Part shown: one piece after another, positions 1 to 11,170 of the stretch
How positions within the stretch are numbered: position 1 is the stretch's first letter
How the letters are laid out: every line of letters starts with the position of its first letter
DNA from: Trichodelitschia bisporula
Taxonomy: Eukaryota
Direction of reading: 5' to 3'
Assembly: GCA_010356995.1 (NCBI GenBank)
Contig: ML996690.1
Location: 433,322 to 497,321, forward strand
DNA length: 64,000 nucleotides
Position numbers and translations under genes: made by a program
The notes under the pieces: generated by a model
Seen by the model: the letters and a program-made list of their open reading frames with translations, nothing else
Database searches by the model: none
What the model was told of the DNA's origin: nothing

Positions 1-722
1 CACATGTACGGGTGCCTTCGGCGGGGGCACCGGACTCTGATACTGCGTCGGCGGACGGTAGGGTGCCTGCTGGGACTGCTGCTGCGGGGCAGGCGTGACG
101 GGTGGCGTCGGCGGCAGCTGCTGCTGCCCCTGCGGACCGTACTGCAAAAAGGGCCGGTCGGCAGTATTCTGCGCGGAAACCGGCGGCGGCGCAGGATCCT
201 TGACCATGAACAGCATAATCTCGAAGGTATGCGGTTCGATGGTCAGAGCCGCGCGGCCGACCTTGCTCATCGGCGGGGCCTTGTCCGGCTTCGCGGCCTT
301 GTCCGCGTCGGCCTGTTCCTTCTTCTTGCGGTACGTCGACTTGCTCCAGTATTTCTCGAAGATGCCTTCGTGTGTCCAGGCGTGACGCGAGCGGGAGAGG
401 GAGGCGGCGAGGACGCCACTAGCCAGGTAGGTTAGTGATGAAAGGGAGGAGGCTGTATGTGTCCGAACCTTTCCTTGATGCTCTGGTATTCTGCATCTGG
501 GAGATCAGCGGCTTGCGGCGCTTTTAGCGTCGGCAGCGGCTGGTTGTCGTGGATCCGCACTGGGAGGCTAATCGGCGGTGTGGGCTCGGGGACTGGTGTC
601 GGCGGGGCCGGAGAGGGGCTGGGTATTGCGACGGTGATGGCGCTGGAGCGGCGGCGCTTCGCTGTTGAGCTGATGCTGCTGCGTCCGCTGACACGTGCTG
701 ACGAGCGTCGTTTGGGAGACAT
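1..722 (-). CDS. SWR1-complex subunit Swc3-like protein, 5' part (continues off the left edge)
   Basis: Exon 1 722..469 and a GT-AG intron 468..419 splice to ...PLPTLKAPQAADLPDAEYQSIKE-SGVLAASLSRSRHAWTHEGIFEKYWSK...LTIEPHTFEI. This block resembles Pezizomycotina Swc3-family proteins as I recall them. Confidence 0.55.
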
Positions 723-1217
723 TGTGTGGTGGAGTGGTGGAGAAGATTAGGATGCGGCGTAGGTGCGGAGGAGCAGCGAGAACCGAGAGGCTAGAGTTGA
801 GCGTTCGAGTTGGTTGGATGAAAGGGAGACGCTCATGACGAGCAGGAAGGAGTTTGAGCCCGCGACGTTGCTGAGATTCCCTAGTGGAGGTGGCTGCGAT
901 GGGATGGGATGGTTGGTGGTGGTGGTGGGACGAGATGAATCGGCGGAGGTTTTGCGGCGATCGATCTTCGATGACCGGCATGTGGGCTTGACCTGAGACG
1001 CGGGTAACGCGTCCGGCGTGGGCGCGCTGGGGCGGCTGGGCGCTCTGGTTTAGCGGGGGGGGGGTCGCTAAGTTACAGGGGGTCGAGGCCCCTAATTCCG
1101 CACCAGCAGGGGCAAGTCCAGCCTCATGACGACGTCTGCTAGCGCGAATATCATGCCACCAATTCCGGGTAATCCTGCTGCCTGTCCGTGGTGTTCCGTC
1201 GACATATCAACATCTAG

Positions 1218-1260
1218 AACATCAAAACCCATCAAACCCATCAAACCCATCAAAACATCA
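1218..1260. repeat. Short tandem repeat (ATCAAACCC)n, about 4 imperfect copies
   Basis: acatcaaaacccatcaaacccatcaaacccatcaaaacatca, read directly upstream of the hydrolase start. Confidence 0.7.
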
Positions 1261-1324
1261 TCCCTAGCATCTCAACGCATCAATGATCCCAAGACTTTAC
1301 CGATAACCCCATCCCGCCGCCATC

Positions 1325-2698
1325 ATGCCGCCTCTCCATCCTCTCCTCAAGAAGGGCCTGTGGGCTATCCCCATCTTAAGCGCGAGCTATATCACCTTCC
1401 TACTCATCCTCACGATCCCCACCGTTCAAAGACTGTAATCTCCCCTCTCATCCTTCAATCACTCACTAACCCCCTTCCCAGCGCCCTCTACGCCCACCCC
1501 ATCCACACCGGGTACTGGGACGACATCAACGTGCCCGAATACTGGGGCTTCGCACCAGGCCAGGTAACCCCCTTCACCATCTCAACGCCGGATGGTGAAA
1601 CTCTCTACGGCTGGCACATCCTACCGCTAGACGTATACGCCGCGCACGCCGACGTCCTCGCAGCCAACCCACCCCGCACGCCAGAGCCCTTCAATTCCAC
1701 CTTCGCCGCGAAGCTTCTCTCCTCCGACCCATCCTCACGTGTGATAGTCAACTGTTCGTCCCCTCCCTCCCTCCCTTCCCCCTTTCCCCCCCCCGTATCC
1801 CTAATCCCCAACCCACAGTCCACGGCAACGCTGGCCACGTAGCCCAATCCCACCGCCCGCCAACCTACAAACTCCTCACCGCCCTCCCCCATACCCACCT
1901 CCTCTCCCTCTCCTACCGCGGCTTCGCCCACAGCACCGGCTTCCCCTCCGAAAAGGGACTAATAACCGACGCTACGACCCTCCTGTCCGCCACCCTCTCC
2001 CTCGTCCCCGCGAACCGCATCCTCCTGCTAGGCCAATCCCTCGGCACCGCCGTCGCCGCCGCGGCCGCACTGCACTTCGACGACCCCGCCGCAGCCGCCA
2101 AATACCTAGACTCCCCAGCACCCCCGCATCCTCCACCCCCGGTCCGCTTCGCCAGCGTAATCCTCGTGGCTTCGTTCCCCTCTCTCCCCACCCTTCTCCT
2201 TACCTACCGCGCCGGCGGCCTTGTGCCCTTCCTCGCGCCGCTCGCGCGCTGGCCAGGCCTACAGGCCCTAGCGGCGAAAGGCATACATGAAGTGTGGCCG
2301 ACAGGCTTACGGGTCGCAGCGCTAGTAGCAGGTATGGCAGCGCGGGGTGAGGGCGGGACACCAGTGCGCGTGCTGCATGCGCGGGACGATGCGGATATAG
2401 GGTGTGGGCGGAGTGGGGAGGTGCTTGATGCTGTGGTTGAGGGGGCGCGGGAGCAGGGCTTGGTGGTGGTGGATGAGAGGGGGGAGGAGGGCGGGGAAGT
2501 TTTCGTGGGTGGGGTGAGGGTGAAGCTTGATATTGTGAAGTTTGGGGGTGAGTACGCTTGTGCGGGGTGTGGGATGTGGCTAATGAGACAGGGCATAATC
2601 GGATTATGGCTGATGCGCCGGTTGTGTTGGCGGTGATGAAGGCTTTTGGCATGACGGATGCGGTGGGAAGGGATGGGGAGAAGAACAGTGCGAGTTAG
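1325..2698 (+). CDS. Alpha/beta hydrolase, ABHD12/Bem46-like, with N-terminal membrane anchor (4 exons)
   Basis: ATG 1325 MPPLHPLLKKGLWAIPILSASYITFLLILTIP (hydrophobic). After splicing: TPDGETLYGWHILP, NFHGNAGHV, SYRGFAHSTGFPSEKGLITDA, nucleophile elbow GQSLG, LHARDD, and terminal GHNRI (catalytic His). Stop TAG 2696-2698. Confidence 0.85.
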
Positions 2699-2810
2699 AC
2701 GCCCACGGGCCATAAATGTAAGAGAACCCCATCTACGCTGCCCACAGGCAACCGATGTAAGAGAGCATCACCACACACGCAATATCTACCCCAAAGCCCC
2801 GCCCCTGTTT

Positions 2811-4196
2811 CTATTTCACCTCCTCCCTTCCCTCTTTATCCCAGCGCTCAAGCAGCTGTTCCATATGCACCCTCCTATAAAACGAAAAGTGTCCCCACTC
2901 GCAATACCACTGCGCAATCACGTCCTGGTCCACCAAGAAAAGCTGAGACATATCGTAGTCATTAGTTTCCGTGACCACGTGCTGCACCGTACTCCGAACT
3001 ACGCGCGCTCCATTGAACGGCGGCTCCCACGCCCGCCGCGCCGTACCACCCGACCCAATATCTGGCGCTATGAACGCTATCCCGCCGGCCGGCACATTCT
3101 CGTCGCCCGTCAACTTGACCCCCACCAGTGGACCTTCGCACACCGGCTCCCCCTCCTTCAGATTATCCCCCTCGCTCCAACCACTCTCATCATACGCATC
3201 CTCGTACTCGTCGTACAGCAACAATTCCGAGATATCGCGCTCATCACTTGTCGCCTTGAGTGCGTCAGGTGGTATCATCATCTCCCATGGAGCTTCCGGC
3301 TGCAGGAAAGCCACGAACTCCGGCCCATGACCCTGGTAATCACCGGCCCAGAGTCCGCGCCAAGGGTGACGCTCCGTCGGGCGCAGTGCGTCTTCGTCCA
3401 GCGCCGCCCACGTGATGAATTTGAAAGCTTCCTCAAAACCTGGAATCGGAGGTTCCGTCTCTTTGATGCGGAACGTGCGAGTGCTTACTTGTCTCGCGTT
3501 GCGGGGGGTGTGGCCTGGCGATACGTAGCTGCTATCGCAAAGGATGCGGGTCCGTTCGGCGGTGGGCATACTGTATGGCGGCCAGAGGATGTCCCGCGGA
3601 ATGATGAGCATCGTAAACGGGGAAGGGGTGAGGCGGTTGGGTGGGAGGGGGCGCGTGAACATGAAGCGTCTAGTAGGGCCGTCGGGGATGAAGGGGCTGA
3701 ACGGGCCGAGGGGTTGGGGTGCGAGGCTCAAGATGGGCATATGGTCGGCGCGCTCCACGCTGGGGGAGAAGCTGTATATTGAGGCACCTTGCTCGACGGG
3801 CCAGTGAAGTGGCTGGGGGGGGCTGGCAATTCTGACGAAGACGGGGTATAGGGTGATGGTATTAGAGGCGGGATTATACGCGCTCACGGCCAGGCAGCCC
3901 CGGTCCCACTCGTCGCTGTACCAGAATCGGTATTTCAGGAGGAACCAGTGTGGGTAGTGGGAAAGATAGAGCGTGCGGAAATTGGGTTTTGGGTCTGGGA
4001 TACTGTCGATATAGCCAGCTGGCAGGACGGCTTCGACCAAGGCTTTCCAAAGGAGGTCGTCGTGGGCGCGGGCGTGAAGGGCGCGGCAGGTTTGCGCGAG
4101 CTGCCCGAGGGAGGCGGCTGGTAGGTTGCGGAGGATTTGGTGAAGGAGCTCTCCAGGGAGCTTGAGCAGTGGGGAGGTGGTGTGGGTGGTGGCCAT
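2811..4196 (-). CDS. F-box protein, FBXO31-like C-terminal domain
   Basis: Single 461-aa ORF. N-terminal F-box LLKLPGELLHQILRNLPAASLGQLAQTCRAL; C-terminal motifs RGLWAGDYQGHGPEF and KLTGDENVPAG. Confidence 0.85.
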   Translation of the reverse strand: MATTHTTSPLLKLPGELLHQILRNLPAASLGQLAQTCRALHARAHDDLLWKALVEAVLPAGYIDSIPDPKPNFRTLYLSHYPHWFLLKYRFWYSDEWDRGCLAVSAYNPASNTITLYPVFVRIASPPQPLHWPVEQGASIYSFSPSVERADHMPILSLAPQPLGPFSPFIPDGPTRRFMFTRPLPPNRLTPSPFTMLIIPRDILWPPYSMPTAERTRILCDSSYVSPGHTPRNARQVSTRTFRIKETEPPIPGFEEAFKFITWAALDEDALRPTERHPWRGLWAGDYQGHGPEFVAFLQPEAPWEMMIPPDALKATSDERDISELLLYDEYEDAYDESGWSEGDNLKEGEPVCEGPLVGVKLTGDENVPAGGIAFIAPDIGSGGTARRAWEPPFNGARVVRSTVQHVVTETNDYDMSQLFLVDQDVIAQWYCEWGHFSFYRRVHMEQLLERWDKEGREEVK

Positions 4197-4613
4197 GCTA
4201 GCGGTCTGGTGGGGTTGACATCAAAGCGCCGCTTGACGTCATGGATGCTGCTGCCTCAGGTCCGATAAAGATTCGAAGTGACTGTGAGTGTGTTTTGCGT
4301 GCGGTTTGGCGCCTCGGTGCTATTGTAATGGGGACGATGGAGCGTAGGGAGGCAGAGGCAGAGATGGAAATGGAGAGGGGCAGTGGAGGGGTACGAGGGG
4401 AAAGATAACCTGGCGTGCCTGGAAGCCAAGGCGGATATGGGTACTCTTACGACTCTGTAACTGCCATCCCCTTGGTTAGATTACTATGCCCCATGTAACG
4501 GCTATTGCCCCCGTAACTATTACATCATTCTCAAGACGCGTTTGTTGTTCCTCCCCACCTCTACTACCCCCACCACCGTCACCGCTTCTCACCCGTTCGA
4601 CGTGATTTACGAC

Positions 4614-5267
4614 ATGCCAGAGAAGATAGAGAAGCCCTCATCGCCAAAGTACTAGAGAAAAATCGAAGCCGGCGTCGCGATCAGGCCCATCGCATTAGAA
4701 CTAGAATAAGGCCTGCCTCGGACTACACTCAGCAATCGATTCCGTGGCACTCACTCTCCTAGAACCGCCCACATAACGCAGCAACTCCTGAGTCCAGACC
4801 AAGAAGTCTTTCTTACGGCTTGGTTTCGTCGCGAGGAGAAGTCTGGGAGCGCTCCTAGCGGCGAGGAAGTGCGGAGACAGGCCCACCGAATACTTCTTGA
4901 AAGCGGAAATGATGTGATGCCTAGCAAAAGGCGGATATACCGCTTCCTCCGACGCAATGCTACACTTAAGCCGAGGCTACTAGCGGATCACTTGAAGTCG
5001 GCCCAAGCTCGCGAACTTAGCCGTGCGGCGGCTGCCGACGCCGAGCGCCTTCGTATGGGCGAGAAGTTTGTCAAAGAGGCCTTGAAGCTCGCGTCTGCGA
5101 GACGGATTGAGGAATGCCAACCAGGATTCCGCCACGCTGGGAGCTCTTCAGGAGGTCGAGTGGGAGTCAGGGAAGCCACCCAAACAGAGCAAGACAGCAA
5201 TCTCGACGTTGAGTTCGAGGTCGTTGGTGGAAGGAGACTGCGGCCTCGTAAGCCGAGCCAGAGGTAG
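4614..5267 (+). mobile_element. Degenerate pogo/Fot1-type (Tc1/mariner) transposase relic
   Basis: Translation ...IALELE*GLPRTTLSNRFRG...QQLLSPDQEVFLTAWFRREEKSGSAPSGEEVRRQAHRILL...YRFLRRNATLK matches the HTH-psq + CENP-B-type HTH layout. In-frame TAA at 4707-4709 and a frameshift near 4655. No DDE domain recognised. Confidence 0.75.
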
Positions 5268-7241
5268 AGGCGTGAGGGCAAGTAATGCTATCTTCGGCCT
5301 TGAGACCATCCAGCAGCGTGTATATCACTGGTAGACTGATTTTTTCTTCATACAAATGGCTTGTGGGAGGTGTAACCGATATGTGGAGTATGTGAGGTGG
5401 TTTTTTGGTGTCATAAGGACTCGTACACTGACATGAGTTTGGTTTGCAACAAATTTCAGTTGGGGAGTCCAAGTCTACGCGCGGGAGCTGCTAACAACCC
5501 TCATCCTGCCCTGTCTCCGAGTAAAATGCCAGACCAGCACTCCATTGACATGGTATTCTTCTTACAGTCGGCAACGAGCAGGACGTAGATGAGGAAAGTG
5601 TCCAGATGACAGCCCCCGAACACTCCGGTATGAGATATCAGAGCCCTGAGTGAGGAGTCTGAGCCTTTCGGATCAGTTGTGGTCTCTGCTGTCTTCAAGT
5701 CTCCGGGACCGACGAGTCTCACTGTATTCGTTACATGAGTTGGCGCTGCAGCAGAGTAACGTTAGCCGAGAGAGCAGAAGAGACCGATAAGGATTGGCGA
5801 ATAGACCACATAGGTTCTAGCAGAACGTTTTCGAGTTCATCTCAGGTCTCCCTGGGGTTAGACCAGCTGAAAATGAAGCAATCGATTGCGACCACTCTCC
5901 GTATCATCGTCTCAATCAACTTATTATGATACCCTTGAGTAACGGACATAGATGACGAGTGGTGTAAGGTGCAGTATGGGGAAGTAGGCGAGCGGAGGGC
6001 CACGTCGATTGGCGCCCGTCGGGCTACTTTTCATCCACTGCATCAAGTGTTTGACATCGGAAAGTTGCCTCCAAGCGGATGAGGCGACTCGCAGGCACGA
6101 GTGGAAATTGGTAAGTTGTACCGTGGAAACGATGGGCAAGAGTGCGGTAAAGCGCAAGGATGATGACGTAGGGGAACGACAACGCGCTTAGGTCGCGACG
6201 GCCTCCAACGAGCTTGATGAGCTCCACGTGATCGCGTGAGTTTCGCGTTCCACTATCACTAGTTTAGGTCTAGCGGACAGATTGAGAGCCTCAGCGCCTG
6301 AAGACGCCTGTGTGCGTGGGCTTCGGCAGCTATTCCAAGAGCGGTTAGAAAGAAGGATGGGGCGGGGCAGGATAGGCGGGGGGCGGCGGTGAGTGGCGCA
6401 TACACGCGTCAAAGGGGTGAAGAGAAGAGGGGAAAGAGAAGAGCCGATTTTCAGGACACAGATACTTCAGCTTCTCCAACTGCAAGTGAATTGTGCATGA
6501 AACATGTGGGAAGGAGTCTGCATTGTCGCGGGTGTCTACATCCGTACCGCGCCTCACAGGAATTTCAAGAGAGAGGCGACAGCTCCAACAGTGGACCACG
6601 TAGCAGCCAGCCCGCTCCGCGACCTGCAGCAGCTCGGACAGCAGCTAAAAAGCATTGCATTTTCCGCCCACTGCAATTAGGCGTCGTGCATTTACTTCTG
6701 AAAGTGAAGAGATTGTTCCGTCACTGTTATGATGATCCCTTCATTTACTTCGCACTGCCCGTCATGATATTCTGATTTCACGAGCCAGGAAGAGGCAGAG
6801 AGAAGACGGCAGAAACGTCACAAACTGCACAATTAACCGCTCTCCCCCAGGTCCGCATCCCCGACGCGTCAACGTCATTCGGCCTTGGCAAGTCGCAGCA
6901 AGCAAACGTCGTCCGCCAGTGGCTGGTGCGTCGTCTGTGCATTGGGAAACAGTCTTGTCGCCTTTTTTTGCTGGCCACCTCATTCCTCCTTCAACACAAC
7001 TCACACCTCCAACTCTCCTGCCCCACCTGCAAAAACACTTCACCTACTCAGCTACATACTTCACTTTGGTGATTGACTTTTAAGTCCTTTTTGTCATCAC
7101 CGCGAGCGAGGCTTTCTGCACCGCAAAATTTGGACATTGCCTTTACCTCTCCAAGCACGTTTACCTCTCCACTCGCAAAGCTTCCCATACTCTGCGAACC
7201 GCTTCATCTTCACACCATATCTTTCTCAGGCCTTGACCAAC

Positions 7242-10200
7242 ATGTTTGGTGAAGCGTCTTCGCGGTCGCGCCGCAAGCGCAGCATCTCGAGCATCGACTC
7301 CCAGACGAGACCCGCTTCGCCATCCAAGAATAAGCGCGTCAAGCGTCATCGCCGCAACGACTCCGACCAGTTGACCGAAGAACTCGACGAGCACCTCTCG
7401 CAGTCCGTCGAGCCCGAGCCTCAACCAAAGAATGGCAACGTCCCGGAGACGCAGACGGGCAATAACCCTCCGCAGACGCAGAGCAGCCTCGGAGTACCTC
7501 CCCGTCGTCGCGTGCGCTTCTCCGATCCTGGTCCCAATCTCCTGGAGAACGTCACCGTCAATGTTACTACCACAACCACTACCTCAACCCAGGAATCCGA
7601 GTCTTACACTCCTGTCGGCTCTCCTGCTGGCAATGTTGTCTACCCGGCTCTTCCCAGCCTCAATGACCGCACACAAGCCCTCAAGGTCCGCAAGACTCGT
7701 CACTCGCTGCCTGCTACATTCAACGGCCAGTCCGACCGGCTGGTGGAGAACGTCCAGTTCACTCCACTCCGACAAGTTTTAGACACTCGTCTGACTCGGC
7801 GCCTCAAGCGCAGTCATTTGAGCGAGGAGGTCAATATCATCGAACATCACAAGCGTCAGGATGCGCGTCGGGATCATGAACTTGAGCAACTTCACGATCA
7901 GATTGCCGAGAAGAATCGTACTCTCGACCAACTCATCTTTGAGCTCGAGTCTCGTCGCCAGATGGGAATTGAGCTCGGGGCGGACGAGTCTCAGAAGGAT
8001 GAGAAGCTCAAGACTCTCGAAGCTGAGCTTGCCAACCTCAAGTCGGAGCTCGACACTCTCAGGGATCAGCGCACGCTGGCCCGCATTCGTGAGAGCCCGG
8101 AGTTCATGGACGTGGATACCCAGGCTCAGGACATGGACGATGATGATGATGATGAGCTTGTCTTTGTTGAACCCGAGGACATCAATGTGTCGCAGGAGGA
8201 CATGACTCCCAGCACCAGCTTCAACGGCATTGTCCGCTCTGCCCCGCTTTCTGCCTCGCAGATGTCGATCCCTGACCCTACCCACGAGGAAGAAATCAAG
8301 CGCTTCGAAGATGCCCTCACGGCACTCAACCGCGAGCTGTCTGATGCTCACTCAGCTATCCGTATCACGAACATTGAGCTGCAGAGCTTGGGCTTTGCCG
8401 GACCTGAGGCCTCGGCTAACGACGTTCTCGTGGCCATCCGCAACGCCTTCCGCCAGGCGCGTCTCGAAGCCGAAGAACTCATCCCGGAGCAGTCCCCTAA
8501 TCTGGTGGAGAATGGGGATTTCCTCAGGCTTCTCACTGATAACGTCCGTGGCCTGCTGCACCAGATTCGGGAGCAGCTCGACACCATCGACAAGCACGAG
8601 CAGATGGAAGCGCTCCTTCGTGGCCAGTACAATGGCATTCTCGATAAGCTCGCCGACGTCGACAAGCGGAACCAGAACCTGGAGAAGCGCTACCTCAAGC
8701 TGGACCGCGAGCACGACGAGAAGGTCCGCGAGTTTGTTGAGCTGGAGCAACAGTACGTCTCATTGTCGAAGACTGTGGAGGAGAAGGAGAATGAACTTGA
8801 GAGCCATTCGTCCCACATTCAGGAGCTCCGCGGGTTGGTTCAGGGGCGCGACGCCACCATCTCCGAACTGCAAAAGGAAAGCGAGGAGTTGAACTCTAAC
8901 TTGATGCTCACTGTCCGCAAGAATGAAGGTCAGGCTCAGGAAATCCAGCGTCTCGAGCAAAAGATTGCAGAGTTGGAGGAAACCATCGTGGTGCGGACCG
9001 CAGAACTTGAAAATGAGCTTAGATGCCGCCAGCTCGCCGAGTCTGAACTCGATGAGCAGCAAAGCGAGATTTCGACCTTACAGGTCAAGCTTGAGCTGGC
9101 CCAGACGGAACTGGAGACTACCCGGAACGAGCTGGCCGAAACAAAAATCTCCCTTGCGGACGAGAGGGAAGAGCACTTGGCTGCCGAGGCTGACATTGTG
9201 GAGAAGATGAACGCTATCGAAGCTCATCAGGCCGAGATCTCCAAGCTTCAGTCTGAGAACACGGTGCTCCGTGAGGAGATTGAGGAAGTGCGCTCTCTCG
9301 CCGCTGCAGAGCGTCGCCAGCGCGAGACCGCGGAAACTGAGATTGAGGAGCGCAACATCCAGGTTGCCGAACTGAATCACAAGCTGCACGACGAGGGCCT
9401 GCGCTCGAACGAGCTTCGCATGAAGCTTTTCGAAGTGCAGAACGAACGCAAGACTCTCACCGACCTCCAAACTGCCACCGCCGAGCGCGTTAACCAGTTG
9501 GAGAACGACCTCACCGCCGAGATTGCTCACCGTGAAGAGGCGGAGAACTTGATCACCCTGCGGGATGAGTCCATTGCCGAACTCGAGGATAAGTACAGTA
9601 AGCTCGACACTGCGATGGTGGAGCTCCTTTCCGCCAAGGACGCCCTGCTCGCCGACCACGAGAACCGCACCGCCGAATTGGAAGAAGCCATGGCCGCGGC
9701 CGAGGAGCAGTACAAGTCCGAGCTGGGCGCACGCGACTCCGTGATTGAGAGTCTCGAGGCCGATATCACTGACCTGAGCGAGCTGGCAGAGCTCCGCAAG
9801 CGCCAGATGGAAGAACTGGAGGCCCAACACGCACAGCTTATCCAGGCCAAGGACAACGAGATGTCAGAGCGCAACATGCGCATCGCGAGCCTGGCCTCCG
9901 AGCTCGCAGAGGCAAAGGCCGAAATCACCCGCCAGGCCGCCGAGTCCGCGACCTTGGAGCAGCGGCTGCAGGCGCGCACGACTGAGCTGCACGAGCTTCA
10001 GAATGAGACAAACGAAACCATTGCGTCGCTGCACCGCGAGCTCTCTGCGCGTACTCATCGCATCCAGGAACTCGAAGCAACGGCCGCGCATACGGCACAC
10101 GAAACGGACGTCATGATCCAGGGCAAGAACCTGCGCATCCAGGGGCTCGAACTTGTCGTCGCGGCGCGCGAGTCCGATGTCCGCTCGCTCGAGGGCCAGG

Positions 10201-10622
10201 TCGAGGCACTGCGTAAGGCGTTGCGCGAGAATGTCGATGCGGGTGCCGCCGCTGCGCGCGCCATGGCTGAGATTGCGCAGGCAGCCGCTAACCGGGCCCT
10301 GGAGGTGGGGAGCCAGTTTGCGGAGGGCGAGCGCGATGCACTCCGCGTGGCGGAGGAGGGTGTTGAGAATGCGCGGCGCGAGCGGGAGGAGCGGCGTGCG
10401 GCGACTGAGGTGCGGATTGCGACGCCCGTCAGGGCGACTGTGCTGCGCAATGGGGACGCCAGCGCTGGGGCGACGCAGAATGGCGGTAGTCCGAGCGTTG
10501 TCAGCTGGATTCGCGGGTTCAAACGGCGGTCGCGGAGGACGTATGACTCTGGGATTGGGGTCGGGAGTGAGGAGGAGAGGGAGTCGGAGATGACTGAGGT
10601 TGAGGCCGTGGCGTCGCAGTAG
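7242..10622 (+). CDS. Large coiled-coil protein (about 1126 aa), function unknown
   Basis: Intronless ORF; first ATG in good context (caacATG) at 7242. Disordered basic N-terminus, conserved-looking VQFTPLRQVLDTRLTRRLKRSHLSEEVN block, then a long E/L/K/R heptad-rich region and C-terminal RRTYDSGIG. Confidence 0.85.
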   Translation: MFGEASSRSRRKRSISSIDSQTRPASPSKNKRVKRHRRNDSDQLTEELDEHLSQSVEPEPQPKNGNVPETQTGNNPPQTQSSLGVPPRRRVRFSDPGPNLLENVTVNVTTTTTTSTQESESYTPVGSPAGNVVYPALPSLNDRTQALKVRKTRHSLPATFNGQSDRLVENVQFTPLRQVLDTRLTRRLKRSHLSEEVNIIEHHKRQDARRDHELEQLHDQIAEKNRTLDQLIFELESRRQMGIELGADESQKDEKLKTLEAELANLKSELDTLRDQRTLARIRESPEFMDVDTQAQDMDDDDDDELVFVEPEDINVSQEDMTPSTSFNGIVRSAPLSASQMSIPDPTHEEEIKRFEDALTALNRELSDAHSAIRITNIELQSLGFAGPEASANDVLVAIRNAFRQARLEAEELIPEQSPNLVENGDFLRLLTDNVRGLLHQIREQLDTIDKHEQMEALLRGQYNGILDKLADVDKRNQNLEKRYLKLDREHDEKVREFVELEQQYVSLSKTVEEKENELESHSSHIQELRGLVQGRDATISELQKESEELNSNLMLTVRKNEGQAQEIQRLEQKIAELEETIVVRTAELENELRCRQLAESELDEQQSEISTLQVKLELAQTELETTRNELAETKISLADEREEHLAAEADIVEKMNAIEAHQAEISKLQSENTVLREEIEEVRSLAAAERRQRETAETEIEERNIQVAELNHKLHDEGLRSNELRMKLFEVQNERKTLTDLQTATAERVNQLENDLTAEIAHREEAENLITLRDESIAELEDKYSKLDTAMVELLSAKDALLADHENRTAELEEAMAAAEEQYKSELGARDSVIESLEADITDLSELAELRKRQMEELEAQHAQLIQAKDNEMSERNMRIASLASELAEAKAEITRQAAESATLEQRLQARTTELHELQNETNETIASLHRELSARTHRIQELEATAAHTAHETDVMIQGKNLRIQGLELVVAARESDVRSLEGQVEALRKALRENVDAGAAAARAMAEIAQAAANRALEVGSQFAEGERDALRVAEEGVENARREREERRAATEVRIATPVRATVLRNGDASAGATQNGGSPSVVSWIRGFKRRSRRTYDSGIGVGSEEERESEMTEVEAVASQ

Positions 10623-11052
10623 TTGGATTCATGGATCGAAGGTGTTGTTGGGGACTGGGGTTACAATGCTTTGTCGTTGGACGCCTGGGTCTGCAATGGG
10701 GTTCCTTTAGGTGTCTGGATCTGTTTACGCTACTGTGATGCTGGGTTGAGGTTGGAGATGCGGGTTTAGCGTGCGCGGATACCCGCGGTTCTTCTACGGT
10801 TCCGTGATTGAGGTGTGGGTTTCTTATCATGTTTCATACTGTATCATGGTGGGCAAAAGGTATTTATTCCACTGGGACATAGCTATGGCGTCATGAATGC
10901 GAGGCGTGGGTTATCTACATAGCGAAGATAGACAAAATGATGTACTTCCGCCCCACAGCAAGTTCTATTGAGATGCATTGGACGTAGGTGACATAAAAGA
11001 ACATCTCCTTGCACATCATCGACTCTTGTTGCTTTGGCGGAATCATCTCAGC

Positions 11053-11170
11053 ACATACGGCCACAGGTCGAAGAGAACACCAGTCCCCGTCTGCTCACTG
11101 AAGTTAAGCTTCGAACCGGTTGACTAGTAGTTGCGTGGGTGACCAGCAGCGAATCCCAACTGCTGTATGT
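11053..11170 (+). rRNA. Dispersed 5S rRNA gene
   Basis: 118 nt ACATACGGCCACAGG...CCCGTCTGCTCA...GTTAAGC...TAGTAGTTGCGTGGGTGACCAGCAGCGAATCCCAACTGCTGTATGT. Ends pair as helix I (ACATACGGC/GCTGTATGT). Followed by a T-run (Pol III terminator). Confidence 0.93.

Noticed and set aside
2658..3782. 374-aa plus-strand ORF
   Set aside because: Antisense shadow of the F-box gene; no recognisable motifs.
5400..6400. Several short ORFs on both strands after the pogo relic
   Set aside because: No recognisable domain or consistent exon structure. It may be decayed coding DNA but I cannot support a call.
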